Source: a virus (lineage: Duplodnaviria > Heunggongvirae > Uroviricota > Caudoviricetes). Taken from it: a stretch of 64,000 nucleotides of DNA. Position 1 is the stretch's first letter. Every line of letters begins with the position of its first letter. The notes below the pieces were generated by a model. The model saw only the letters and a list, made by a program, of their open reading frames with translations, did not search any database and had not been told where the DNA came from. This document shows positions 9,304-16,073 of the stretch, in pieces. The DNA lies in IMG/VR virus record IMGVR_UViG_3300027710_001241, positions 16,620-80,619 of that record; one strand, 5' to 3'. Position numbers and translations under genes: made by a program.

Positions 9304-9379
9304 TGGTACATCGTGACGGGCTCGAACCGCCGACAGCCACCGTGTAAGGATGGAGCTCTACCAACTGAGCTAACGATGC
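9304..9379 (-). tRNA. tRNA-Val(UAC)
   Basis: D-arm GCTCAGTTGGTAGAGC, anticodon loop CUUACAC, T-arm GGCGGTTCGAGCCCGTC. Confidence 0.8.
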
Positions 9380-9386
9380 AAAAATA

Positions 9387-9460
9387 TGGAGCGGGGTAAG
9401 AGAATCGAACTCTCCGCATCAGCTTGGAAGGCTGAGGTATTACCACTATACGAACCCCGC
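9387..9460 (-). tRNA. tRNA-Gly(UCC)
   Basis: acceptor GCGGGGT/ACCCCGC, anticodon loop CUUCCAA. Confidence 0.8.
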
Positions 9461-9767
9461 ATACTTTACTAAAACAAACTAAGGTATATTAAAAAGGTAT
9501 GACTATGTCAAAGAGCTTCCCGGGATACCAAACCTGATCTTTTTAGGGATTTAAATTTGTTTTAATAAAGTGTCTAGCTACTCTCACCACAAGAGCCCTA
9601 GACTGAGCAGTTACTCTGTCCACTAGCCTTTCCATTTAGACGGTGCTTAGGTCCGCCTTTGTGATTTCTCAAGTCGCCTTAAATGGGCCTTGCGGTAGAT
9701 CCAATGCACCGTGCTGTTAAGGTGTAGCAATTACCTAACTCTGTTACGCTGAGTTAACGCGGGTTAT

Positions 9768-9841
9768 TGGTGCCCCTACACAGAATCGAACTGCAAATTA
9801 CGGATTACAAAACCGTCGTTATACCATTTAACTATAAGGGC
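9768..9841 (-). tRNA. tRNA-Thr(UGU)
   Basis: acceptor GCCCTTA/TAGGGGC, anticodon loop UUUGUAA, T-loop TTCGATT. Confidence 0.7.
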
Positions 9842-9851
9842 TTTAATCTAT

Positions 9852-10100
9852 TTAACTGCTTTGAGCAGTGAAGGTAGTTCCGGGAGGAGGACTTACCTTA
9901 CCGTCAGCATGCCGAGTCCAACCTGACGGAGTATCCGGTGCTTTTGCTTGATTTGAATTAGCAATTCTTTCAAACTCTTCATCTTCATGTTCAGCATCGT
10001 CTTTTATCCGAGGATCGGGCTTACGAAAAATTGCATCGAAGTTATTGGCAAATTGTTCTTGACTGACGCTATATGGTCTAGGGCTACTACCTTTTGACAT
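9852..10100 (-). CDS. hypothetical protein
   Basis: start at internal ATG with AAAGGA SD. Confidence 0.4.
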   Translation of the reverse strand: MSKGSSPRPYSVSQEQFANNFDAIFRKPDPRIKDDAEHEDEEFERIANSNQAKAPDTPSGWTRHADGKVSPPPGTTFTAQSS

Positions 10101-10110
10101 TTTTATCCTT

Positions 10111-10692
10111 TCATTTAACGAAATGGTACCAACCATTTATAATATATTTCTCTTCGGTCTGCGATGGTATTCCACGATGTGTAAATGTCCAATCGGCAGG
10201 CCAAATCATTGTTAATCCTTTTTCAGGTTTAACTTTTATTCCTTGGTGAAAAAATTCAGTTTCACCTTGATCTTGAATATCGTTTAAGTATGTTAAAAAT
10301 ACTAGATGTCTTGCACCCCTGGGCATTTGACAAGTTACTCGTTCTGTATGCCAAGCATGAAACGCACTACCTTTATTATACTTCTTTATTGTAAAACCTT
10401 CTGCAATAGCCCAAGCACCGTACTCGTTGCACTTTGGATATTTCTTAACATATTCTTTGGTTATCTCAGTTAACCAATTAACATATTTTATGAAAATACC
10501 ACCGGGTGCAGGATCAACATAACAGTCTAAACTATCTTTAATAGATAAGTCAATAACTTTATTGCCATGGCCGCCTTGTACAATGTTATCACTGTCTTGA
10601 TGAAATTTAATTAACTCGTCGCAAAAATCAACATCATCGTGATACCAGCCACTAATAAAATTATTTAAACTATTAATCGAATGTTCACGCAT
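10111..10692 (-). CDS. 2OG-Fe(II) oxygenase (prolyl-4-hydroxylase-like)
   Basis: listed ORF N-terminus is actually tRNA-Asn; real start MREHS; HxD...H-type jelly-roll region. Confidence 0.5.
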   Translation of the reverse strand: MREHSINSLNNFISGWYHDDVDFCDELIKFHQDSDNIVQGGHGNKVIDLSIKDSLDCYVDPAPGGIFIKYVNWLTEITKEYVKKYPKCNEYGAWAIAEGFTIKKYNKGSAFHAWHTERVTCQMPRGARHLVFLTYLNDIQDQGETEFFHQGIKVKPEKGLTMIWPADWTFTHRGIPSQTEEKYIINGWYHFVK

Positions 10693-10716
10693 ACTATTTT
10701 TAAAACTGGCTCCCCA

Positions 10717-10792
10717 GCGTGGGATCGAACCACGGACACCTTGATTAACAGTCAAGTGCAACTACCGCTGTGCTACTGGGGAATAAATTGTT
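10717..10792 (-). tRNA. tRNA-Asn(GUU), copy 1
   Basis: UCCCCAG...CUGGGGA G CCA as in E. coli tRNA-Asn; anticodon loop CUGUUAA. Confidence 0.85.
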
Positions 10793-10845
10793 TGATTGTT
10801 ATCTTGTCCGTCTTGTTACTATTGTAACATCGTTCTAAAAGAATG

Positions 10846-11088
10846 TCAATCTGTTTTGGTAGATAACGTTTCTTCTTCAGAAACTCCGTTGATAGTGAAT
10901 CGACGTTTTGCTTCAATAACGCCACCGCCACCACCTACAACTCCACCACCTACAACTCCACCACCGCCAACTCCACCTACTGGTGAAACTCCTGACAATG
11001 TAAATGGGTTATTTTTTAAATTAGGTTCTTTACTTACGATTAAACCCTCAAGTGTTTTAATTTTTTCATTACAAAAAGTTGCAGTCAT
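10846..11088 (-). CDS. small glycine-rich protein (frame choice uncertain; opposite strand gives a Pro/Thr-rich ORF)
   Basis: sits on a GGTGG/CCACC low-complexity repeat; minus strand chosen to match neighbours. Confidence 0.3.
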   Translation of the reverse strand: MTATFCNEKIKTLEGLIVSKEPNLKNNPFTLSGVSPVGGVGGGGVVGGGVVGGGGGVIEAKRRFTINGVSEEETLSTKTD

Positions 11089-12518
11089 GTTAAATCCTTT
11101 GGAAATATAACGTATTTAGCGCCATCATATTTTAATTTAGTAAAAGCCCATCTTCTTTCATTGCAAGGAAAATTCCAGCAAGGTTCTTCTAGAGAGGAAT
11201 GACCTTCAGAACACGGACTAATAATGTTAAAAATTTCTTCTATTCCTAATTTAAATATAGCATCTACAATATGATATTTTTGCAAATTGAAAAGCGGTTG
11301 TAAAATTTGTTTGTGTTCAGATTTAATTCTTTTCCAATGCAAATTTGTCCATTCATGATTTTCGTTGGGTAATTCGTTGTCACCTAAAAACATGTATCTT
11401 AAATTATATAAATGTTTTATTGTAATTGTTTTACCTGAAGAAACTATATGATTTTCATTAAGTAATTTTTGATCAATCACGTTAACATACGAACTACTGA
11501 AGGATCCGTTTATTATCTTTTCTGAATCAAATACTTTTAAATTTTTTAATGTATAATTGGAACTAGAGTACTTTTTTATAAAGTCAATTAATAGTTCGGC
11601 TCTTCCAACATCTTCCGGTCTTGCCTCATTAAAAAACACGAAGGGTCGTATAATATAGGGTATTTTTTGATGAGAATTTAAAACACATAATAAAAATAAT
11701 AGTAAAGTGCTGTCATAACCACCGGTGAATCCTACAGCTATACAATTTTTAGGGTGATCATTTGCGGGTAAAATTACCTTAAGTTCTCTACGATCGTAAT
11801 CGGGGCCAACTTCTAAAGTAAATTCGGTGTCTTTAAAATTTTCATAGAAGAAGGATTCATTGGTATAATGTTTAAAGTCGAGAACTTTTTTATTAATTTC
11901 ACTTTCTCTAATCCAAATAGTAACAACATATTTGCTGCCTTTTTCTACTGGTAAACCTTCATGTTGAGTATGAAGATTACTCATATAATTTTCATTATCG
12001 TAATTATATTGAAAATAAAGTAACTTACCTTGTTCAGGCCGTATGACAAAATCTATCCAAGGAAAATATGTGTGACCACCTGCACCAACCTCAACTTCGT
12101 TGAGATACAAAAGTACGGTAGCAACTCTATTGCCTCCGTGACCGCATCTTTCTTCATGCAAAGATTGTGCCTTTTCATCTTTATAGTCAATATGGTAATC
12201 TTGATGAAACCCAAACTTTTCACCTTCGTTGTATCTAATGTACGTAGTCTCTTCAAAATGAGATTCGGGCCATCCTGTAAATTCACTGACTCTTTTCCTA
12301 ATTTCTGCATCTATATCGGGATTTTTTTTAAGCATGTCTACGTCAACTGATGCGGACCTGTATTCTGTATCTACAGATAACAGGCCGTCGTCATAGATAA
12401 TATGTCCCTTAGGTGCGTCTTCTGCGAACTCTTGAATAATTTTTTCACAAGTTTCTGCATCTAGAAAATTATTACACTTATATATAAGTGGTTCTTGTAA
12501 TAAAATAACCTTTTCCAT
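11085..12518 (-). CDS. fusion protein: N-terminal prolyl-4-hydroxylase-like 2OG-Fe(II) oxygenase domain plus C-terminal PP-loop ATPase (QueC/asparagine-synthase-like) with Cys cluster
   Basis: FHQDYHIDY HxD motif; later GFTGGYDST PP-loop and CSEGH..PCWNFPC; start at ATG with AAGGA SD. Confidence 0.5.
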   Translation of the reverse strand: MEKVILLQEPLIYKCNNFLDAETCEKIIQEFAEDAPKGHIIYDDGLLSVDTEYRSASVDVDMLKKNPDIDAEIRKRVSEFTGWPESHFEETTYIRYNEGEKFGFHQDYHIDYKDEKAQSLHEERCGHGGNRVATVLLYLNEVEVGAGGHTYFPWIDFVIRPEQGKLLYFQYNYDNENYMSNLHTQHEGLPVEKGSKYVVTIWIRESEINKKVLDFKHYTNESFFYENFKDTEFTLEVGPDYDRRELKVILPANDHPKNCIAVGFTGGYDSTLLLFLLCVLNSHQKIPYIIRPFVFFNEARPEDVGRAELLIDFIKKYSSSNYTLKNLKVFDSEKIINGSFSSSYVNVIDQKLLNENHIVSSGKTITIKHLYNLRYMFLGDNELPNENHEWTNLHWKRIKSEHKQILQPLFNLQKYHIVDAIFKLGIEEIFNIISPCSEGHSSLEEPCWNFPCNERRWAFTKLKYDGAKYVIFPKDLT

Positions 12519-12552
12519 GGAGTCCTTAATGTATGTAGAATTATTTAATCTA

Positions 12553-13224
12553 TTATTTTTTAATGACCATGCAACTCTGAAAACAACTAGGAATATCTGG
12601 AAAGGCATCTACTAGTAAAGGTTGATAATCTTTGAGAAGATTTTGTAGGTAATCTTTTTTATAAAAAGTCAACAAAAATTTTATATTTGATTCTATAGTC
12701 TTGCTACATCTATTATCCGAAAGATACGTGTAGTCTGATGTTTCTATTAAATCACAAGACCCATAATCACGAATTCTCTTTTTATAGAAAAAATTAGTTG
12801 ATGGTTTCGAATCTATGTCTAGCCAGGTAGCCAGTATAGTGCCACCCGGTTTTAAATAACTGTATAACCATTCTATCTTACTGCACATGTCTTCTTGCGA
12901 AGTATGCGTAAAAACACTATAACTAATTATAGTATCGTATTGCTTTTCAAAGTTATAAGTTTCTTCAGTACCATTAGGATTATAAACTGGATTATAGCCA
13001 TCATACCAAATGAATTTGGCCTTAGGAAAAAGTTTTAAACCTTCATCTAATGCTTCTTTGTCTACATCAATTCCAGTATAGTTTTCTTCTGCAAACTGAC
13101 CACGACTGCTGTCTAAAAAGGTTCCGTAGTTGGAACCGTAGTCTAAAACAGATCCTTGTGTAATACTAGGATTTAATCTTTTAAAATATTTGAATGTATC
13201 TTTATAATAATCGAGTTTTGCCAT
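12553..13224 (-). CDS. class I SAM-dependent methyltransferase
   Basis: VLDYGSNYGTF motif I-like. Confidence 0.5.
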   Translation of the reverse strand: MAKLDYYKDTFKYFKRLNPSITQGSVLDYGSNYGTFLDSSRGQFAEENYTGIDVDKEALDEGLKLFPKAKFIWYDGYNPVYNPNGTEETYNFEKQYDTIISYSVFTHTSQEDMCSKIEWLYSYLKPGGTILATWLDIDSKPSTNFFYKKRIRDYGSCDLIETSDYTYLSDNRCSKTIESNIKFLLTFYKKDYLQNLLKDYQPLLVDAFPDIPSCFQSCMVIKK

Positions 13225-13244
13225 CGATACTCTTTATAAATTTA

Positions 13245-13321
13245 TGGTGCCCAGGGCGAGACTCGAACTCGCAAAATTTGGCTTCTAAGACCAACACGTA
13301 TACCAATTCCATCACCTGGGC
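13245..13321 (-). tRNA. tRNA with anticodon UAG (Leu, CUN codons) but short class-I variable loop
   Basis: acceptor GCCCAGG/CCUGGGC; anticodon arm UUGGU CUUAGAA GCCAA; T-arm GCGAGTTCGAGTCTCGC; consensus promoter just upstream. Confidence 0.55.
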
Positions 13322-13329
13322 ATAAAACT

Positions 13330-13358
13330 ATTATAGCAGAATATTTATATTCTGTCAA
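13330..13358 (-). promoter_or_regulatory. sigma70 consensus promoter driving the tRNA array
   Basis: rc reads GGTTGACA GAATATAAATATTCTGC TATAAT. Confidence 0.65.
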
Positions 13359-13593
13359 CCTACATTATTAAATTTGTTAAAGTAGTGCTACCATCGTTAT
13401 AAGCACCATTCACCTGTGTAATAAACTCGAGCAGGACTCGGTACGTTACTTGGGATAGATCCAGATGATACCCACTGTATGCCGATCCCATTCAAGCGAT
13501 CAGCCGGGCAACGAACCCGCATCCTTTTACTATATCGGTAGTTCGAACATACCTTTATAGCGTGACTTCTCTTGCTAACACTCTAACAAAACT

Positions 13594-13683
13594 TGGTCCC
13601 GCAGTGAGGAATCGAACCCCATCCTGGACCTTATCTAGATTAATCGGATATAAGCCGACCTGCTCTCCTTGAGCTACTGCGGG
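13594..13683 (-). tRNA. atypical 90-nt tRNA-like gene (anticodon loop CUUAUAU, i.e. UAU by my fold; long variable region)
   Basis: acceptor CCCGCAG/CUGCGGG A CCA, T-arm UGGGGTTCGATTCCUCA, anticodon stem GUCGG/CCGAU. Confidence 0.4.
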
Positions 13684-13691
13684 AAAAACTT

Positions 13692-13767
13692 TGGCGTCCC
13701 TAGGGGGATTCGAACCCCCGTACTCACCGTGAAAGGGTGATGTCCTAGGCCTCTAGACGATAGGGAC
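13692..13767 (-). tRNA. tRNA-Glu(UUC), copy 1
   Basis: acceptor GUCCCUA/UAGGGAC; anticodon arm UCACC CUUUCAC GGUGA; T-arm GGGGGTTCGAATCCCCC. Confidence 0.85.
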
Positions 13768-13775
13768 ATTTAAAA

Positions 13776-13943
13776 CCATTAATTGATAGCACTCACAGTC
13801 TATGACGACGAGCGAATTTCTGAGTGAGGTGCTTCCTCTCATAAGCCATTGCTGTGGTTGTGTTAGGACTGATCGATGGCCCGACCAGCCCGCCTAGTAT
13901 ATGCGTCCATATACGATACCCACTGAATGCTATCAATTAATGG
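13776..13943 (-). ncRNA. structured ~168-nt RNA candidate closed by a perfect 16-bp terminal helix
   Basis: CCATTAATTGATAGCA at 13776-13791 is the exact reverse complement of 13928-13943; internal hairpins GUAUAUG/CAUAUAC, CUGGUCG/CGAUCAG, GAGG/CCUC; no ORF. Confidence 0.4.
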
Positions 13944-14025
13944 TGCTCGGACCCGGAATCGAACCGGGATGCCTTTCGGCGAGAGATTTTAAGTCTCTTG
14001 TGTCTACCTATTTCACCATCCGAGC
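13941..14025 (-). tRNA. tRNA-Leu(UAA), class II
   Basis: acceptor GCUCGGA/UCCGAGC, anticodon arm AGAGA CUUAAAA UCUCU, long variable arm, T-arm CCGGTTCGATTCCGG. Confidence 0.85.
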
Positions 14026-14107
14026 AAATATCAAATTATTTTTTAAAGAACAATGTTAATTGCTTAACGTATGCTATTATTATAGCGCCTTTTTCTTTGC
14101 TTGTCAA

Positions 14108-14182
14108 GTGGTGCTCAAGGAAAGAATCGAACTTTCTACTCAGTCTTACCAAGACTGTGTTATGCCATTTAACTACAAGAGC
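14108..14182 (-). tRNA. tRNA-Thr(GGU) (two U-U mismatches in acceptor stem)
   Basis: anticodon arm CAGUC UUGGUAA GACUG; T-loop TTCGATT. Confidence 0.6.
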
Positions 14183-14183
14183 A

Positions 14184-14258
14184 TGGCCTCGCCTGCAGGA
14201 ATCGAACCCACATTCGCGAGGTAGAAGCTCGCTGTATTATCCATTATACTAAGGCGAG
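14184..14258 (-). tRNA. tRNA-Arg(UCU), copy 1
   Basis: acceptor CUCGCCU/AGGCGAG, anticodon arm GCGAG CUUCUAC CUCGC. Confidence 0.8.
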
Positions 14259-14263
14259 ATGTC

Positions 14264-14337
14264 TGGCACCCGGAGTAGGAATCGAACCTACAATAGCAGA
14301 GTCAAAGTCTGTTGTGTTACCACTACACTATCCGGGA
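14264..14337 (-). tRNA. tRNA-Gln(UUG)
   Basis: anticodon loop CUUUGAC; U1-U72 mismatch at the acceptor top. Confidence 0.65.
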
Positions 14338-14413
14338 TCAAATAAACAGGATGCTTTTTTACGGTTTTGATTAAAAGTCAAATGTATAAAGTTTGCTGAA
14401 CGCATCCTAAAAC
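14338..14413 (-). repeat. inter-tRNA structured spacer element, copy 1
   Basis: AACAGG-arm-...GTTTGCTG...-arm'-CCTAAAACTGG with outer stem AGGATGC/GCATCCT and inner hairpin TTTGA/TCAAA. Confidence 0.5.
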
Positions 14414-14489
14414 TGGTACCAACTTGAGGGATCGAACCTCATTCCACGGTGCTTCAAACCGTTGCTATGACCACATCAGCTAAGTTGGT
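14414..14489 (-). tRNA. tRNA-Phe(GAA)
   Basis: anticodon arm ACGGU UUGAAGC ACCGU; acceptor ACCAACU/AGUUGGU. Confidence 0.8.
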
Positions 14490-14496
14490 ATTGAAT

Positions 14497-14571
14497 TGGT
14501 AGATGTTAGTGGGATTGAACCACTGACCTTCACGGTGTCGACGTGGTGCTCTACCTCTGAGCTAAACATCT
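14497..14571 (-). tRNA. tRNA-Val(GAC)
   Basis: D-arm GCTCAGAGGTAGAGC; anticodon loop UCGACAC (C33 unusual); T-arm AGTGGTTCAATCCCACT. Confidence 0.65.
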
Positions 14572-14575
14572 ATAT

Positions 14576-14651
14576 TGGTCTCGCATGAAGGACTCGAACC
14601 TTCGAACTCCTCGCCCCAAACGAGGTGGCATAGCCGCTAACCGAATGCGAG
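14576..14651 (-). tRNA. tRNA-Pro(UGG), copy 2
   Basis: anticodon arm CCUCG UUUGGGG CGAGG; T-arm GAAGGTTCGAGTCCTTC. Confidence 0.8.
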
Positions 14652-14657
14652 ATAAAT

Positions 14658-14732
14658 TGGTGGTAAAGGAGGGACTCGAACTCTCACTGGGCACCGTATG
14701 AAGGTGTTGCACTACCATTATGCTACATTACC
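14658..14732 (-). tRNA. elongator tRNA with CAU anticodon (Met or lysidine-Ile2)
   Basis: D-arm GCATAATGGTAGTGC; anticodon loop UUCAUAC; single mismatches in acceptor and T stems. Confidence 0.65.
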
Positions 14733-14740
14733 ATATCAAA

Positions 14741-14823
14741 GTACACTTACCAGAATCGAACTGGTGACCAGAGCACCGCTCCAGCTATACTCCACATAAC
14801 GGCCTAGCCTCAGCCGCAGTGTA
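14741..14823 (-). tRNA. tRNA-Ser(GGA), class II, acceptor helix extended to 16 bp by flanks
   Basis: anticodon arm GUUAU GUGGAGU AUAGC; variable hairpin GGAGC-GGT-GCTCT; T-arm ACCAGTTCGATTCTGGT; 16-bp perfect inverted repeat 14731-14746/14819-14834. Confidence 0.65.
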
Positions 14824-14831
14824 CTTTGATA

Positions 14832-14905
14832 TGGTAGGGGTGCTCGGGAACGATCCGAGTTTTACTGGTTAAAAGCCAGTTACTTCACCTTAAAGTTTCA
14901 CCCCC
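14832..14905 (-). tRNA. tRNA-Lys(UUU)
   Basis: anticodon arm ACUGG CUUUUAA CCAGU; unusual T-loop ATCGTTC. Confidence 0.7.
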
Positions 14906-14909
14906 ATAT

Positions 14910-14985
14910 TGGTCCACCCGGTCGGATTCGAACCGACACCTCATTGATTAAGAGTCAAGTGCGCTACCGTTAACGCTACAAGTGG
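14910..14985 (-). tRNA. tRNA-Lys(CUU)
   Basis: anticodon loop CUCUUAA; T-arm GTCGGTTCGAATCCGAC. Confidence 0.7.
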
Positions 14986-15093
14986 TTAGTCGTAATTAAA
15001 TTGATTTAATGTGCCAACCAGGACCAATACGGGGTCTAGATTGACACTAACGTTTACTACGTTTCATGTCGTTCTCCTTTTGAACATTATTAA

Positions 15094-15166
15094 AATAAAA
15101 CAGGATACTGTTTGCTTTTCACAGCCAAAAGTGAAATATTTTGGTTTGCTGTAAGTATCCTAAAAC
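15094..15166 (-). repeat. inter-tRNA structured spacer element, copy 2
   Basis: same framework; outer stem AGGATACT/AGTATCCT, inner hairpin TTTCAC/GTGAAA. Confidence 0.5.
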
Positions 15167-15241
15167 TGGTGCCCCTGGATGGAATCGAACCACCATTACC
15201 AAGTTCGTAGCCTGGAGTATTATCCATTATACTACAGGGGC
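15167..15241 (-). tRNA. tRNA-Arg(ACG)
   Basis: acceptor GCCCCUG/CAGGGGC; anticodon loop CUACGAA. Confidence 0.8.
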
Positions 15242-15310
15242 AAAATAAAACAGGTTCCGCTTTTTTCATTATGCTTGAAATAATTAAGTTTGCTGAAAGG
15301 AACCTAAAAC
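15242..15310 (-). repeat. inter-tRNA structured spacer element, copy 3
   Basis: outer stem AGGTTCC/GGAACCT, inner hairpin TTTCA/TGAAA. Confidence 0.5.
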
Positions 15311-15385
15311 TGGTAGCCACGGACAATTTCGAAATGTCGACTTCTCGCTTATCAAGCGAGTACTCTGCCTCTGAGTTACGCGGCT
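15311..15385 (-). tRNA. tRNA-Ile(GAU)
   Basis: D-arm ACTCAGAGGCAGAGT; anticodon arm CUCGC UUGAUAA GCGAG. Confidence 0.8.
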
Positions 15386-15390
15386 AAATT

Positions 15391-15467
15391 TGGGGTAACC
15401 AATGGGGAACGATCCCATTCTAGCACTTTCACAGAGTGCGGTGCTAAACCTTTACACTATGGTCACC
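15391..15467 (-). tRNA. tRNA-His(GUG) with G-1:C73
   Basis: anticodon arm GCACU CUGUGAA AGUGC; extra 5' G pairing with discriminator C. Confidence 0.85.
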
Positions 15468-15472
15468 ATTGT

Positions 15473-15546
15473 TGGCATACCCCCAAGGACTCGAACCTTG
15501 ACAAACGGTTTTGGAGACCGTTATGCTGCCATTACATCAGGGATAC
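15473..15546 (-). tRNA. tRNA-Trp(CCA)
   Basis: anticodon arm ACGGU CUCCAAA ACCGU; T-arm CAAGGTTCGAGTCCTTG. Confidence 0.8.
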
Positions 15547-15550
15547 ATAT

Positions 15551-15641
15551 TGGCCGAGAGTCAGGGAGTCGAACCCTGTGACCAGTTTTAAGCTGGTCTA
15601 CTGATTAGCAATCAGCTGCATTACCATCCTGCCCACTCTCG
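15551..15641 (-). tRNA. tRNA-Ser(GCU), class II
   Basis: anticodon loop UUGCUAA; variable arm GACCAG-CTTAAAA-CTGGTC; T-arm CAGGGTTCGACTCCCTG. Confidence 0.75.
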
Positions 15642-15646
15642 ATATG

Positions 15647-15761
15647 TGGTACGACCGGCAGGGCTTGAACCTGCAAAAACGCATTGACTAGGTCCTGCGT
15701 CCCTTCCCCACTTTATGCTATGAGCATAACGGGAGGTCTTCCATATTCCACTCACGGTCGC
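15647..15761 (-). ncRNA. 115-nt tRNA-like RNA: canonical acceptor, T-arm and encoded ACCA but ~40 extra nt in the body
   Basis: 5' GCGACCG pairs with 3' CGGTCGT-A-CCA; T-arm GCAGGTTCAAGCCCTGC; no standard D/anticodon arms by eye. Confidence 0.4.
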
Positions 15762-15802
15762 ATATATAATTATACACGAATTAAGTAGAATGTCAATTAA
15801 CT

Positions 15803-15897
15803 TGGAGGAAAGAGGAGGAGTCGAACCCCACCCGGCTCTTCACCAGGACCCAGTTTTCAAGGCTGGTCGGGGAACCATCTCCCCTGCATCACTTTCC
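15803..15897 (-). tRNA. tRNA-Ser(UGA), class II, unusual D region
   Basis: anticodon loop CUUGAAA; variable arm CCTGG-TGAAGAG-CCGGG; T-loop TTCGACT. Confidence 0.6.
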
Positions 15898-15903
15898 ATA
15901 ACT

Positions 15904-15978
15904 TGGCGACTCGACGGGGAATCGAACCCCGATAATCGGATAGACAATCCGAAGTAATGACCTTTATACGATCGAGCC
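15904..15978 (-). tRNA. tRNA-Asp(GUC), copy 1
   Basis: anticodon arm UCGGA UUGUCUA UCCGA; T-arm CGGGGTTCGATTCCCCG. Confidence 0.8.
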
Positions 15979-15984
15979 TAAAAT

Positions 15985-16059
15985 TGGTGGAGGCCGAGGG
16001 AATCGAACCCTTCTAGACATCTTCCTTGCAAGGGAAGACCGTAGCCCACTACTGCCCCC
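15985..16059 (-). tRNA. tRNA-Ala(UGC), short D-loop
   Basis: anticodon arm CUUCC CUUGCAA GGAAG; acceptor GGGGGCA/GGCCUCC. Confidence 0.6.
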
Positions 16060-16073
16060 AATAAAATCTTTGC

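Noticed and set aside
10796-11110. Plus-strand Pro/Thr-rich ORF
   Set aside because: Open only because of the low-complexity repeat; all neighbours are minus-strand and the minus frame was preferred, with low confidence.
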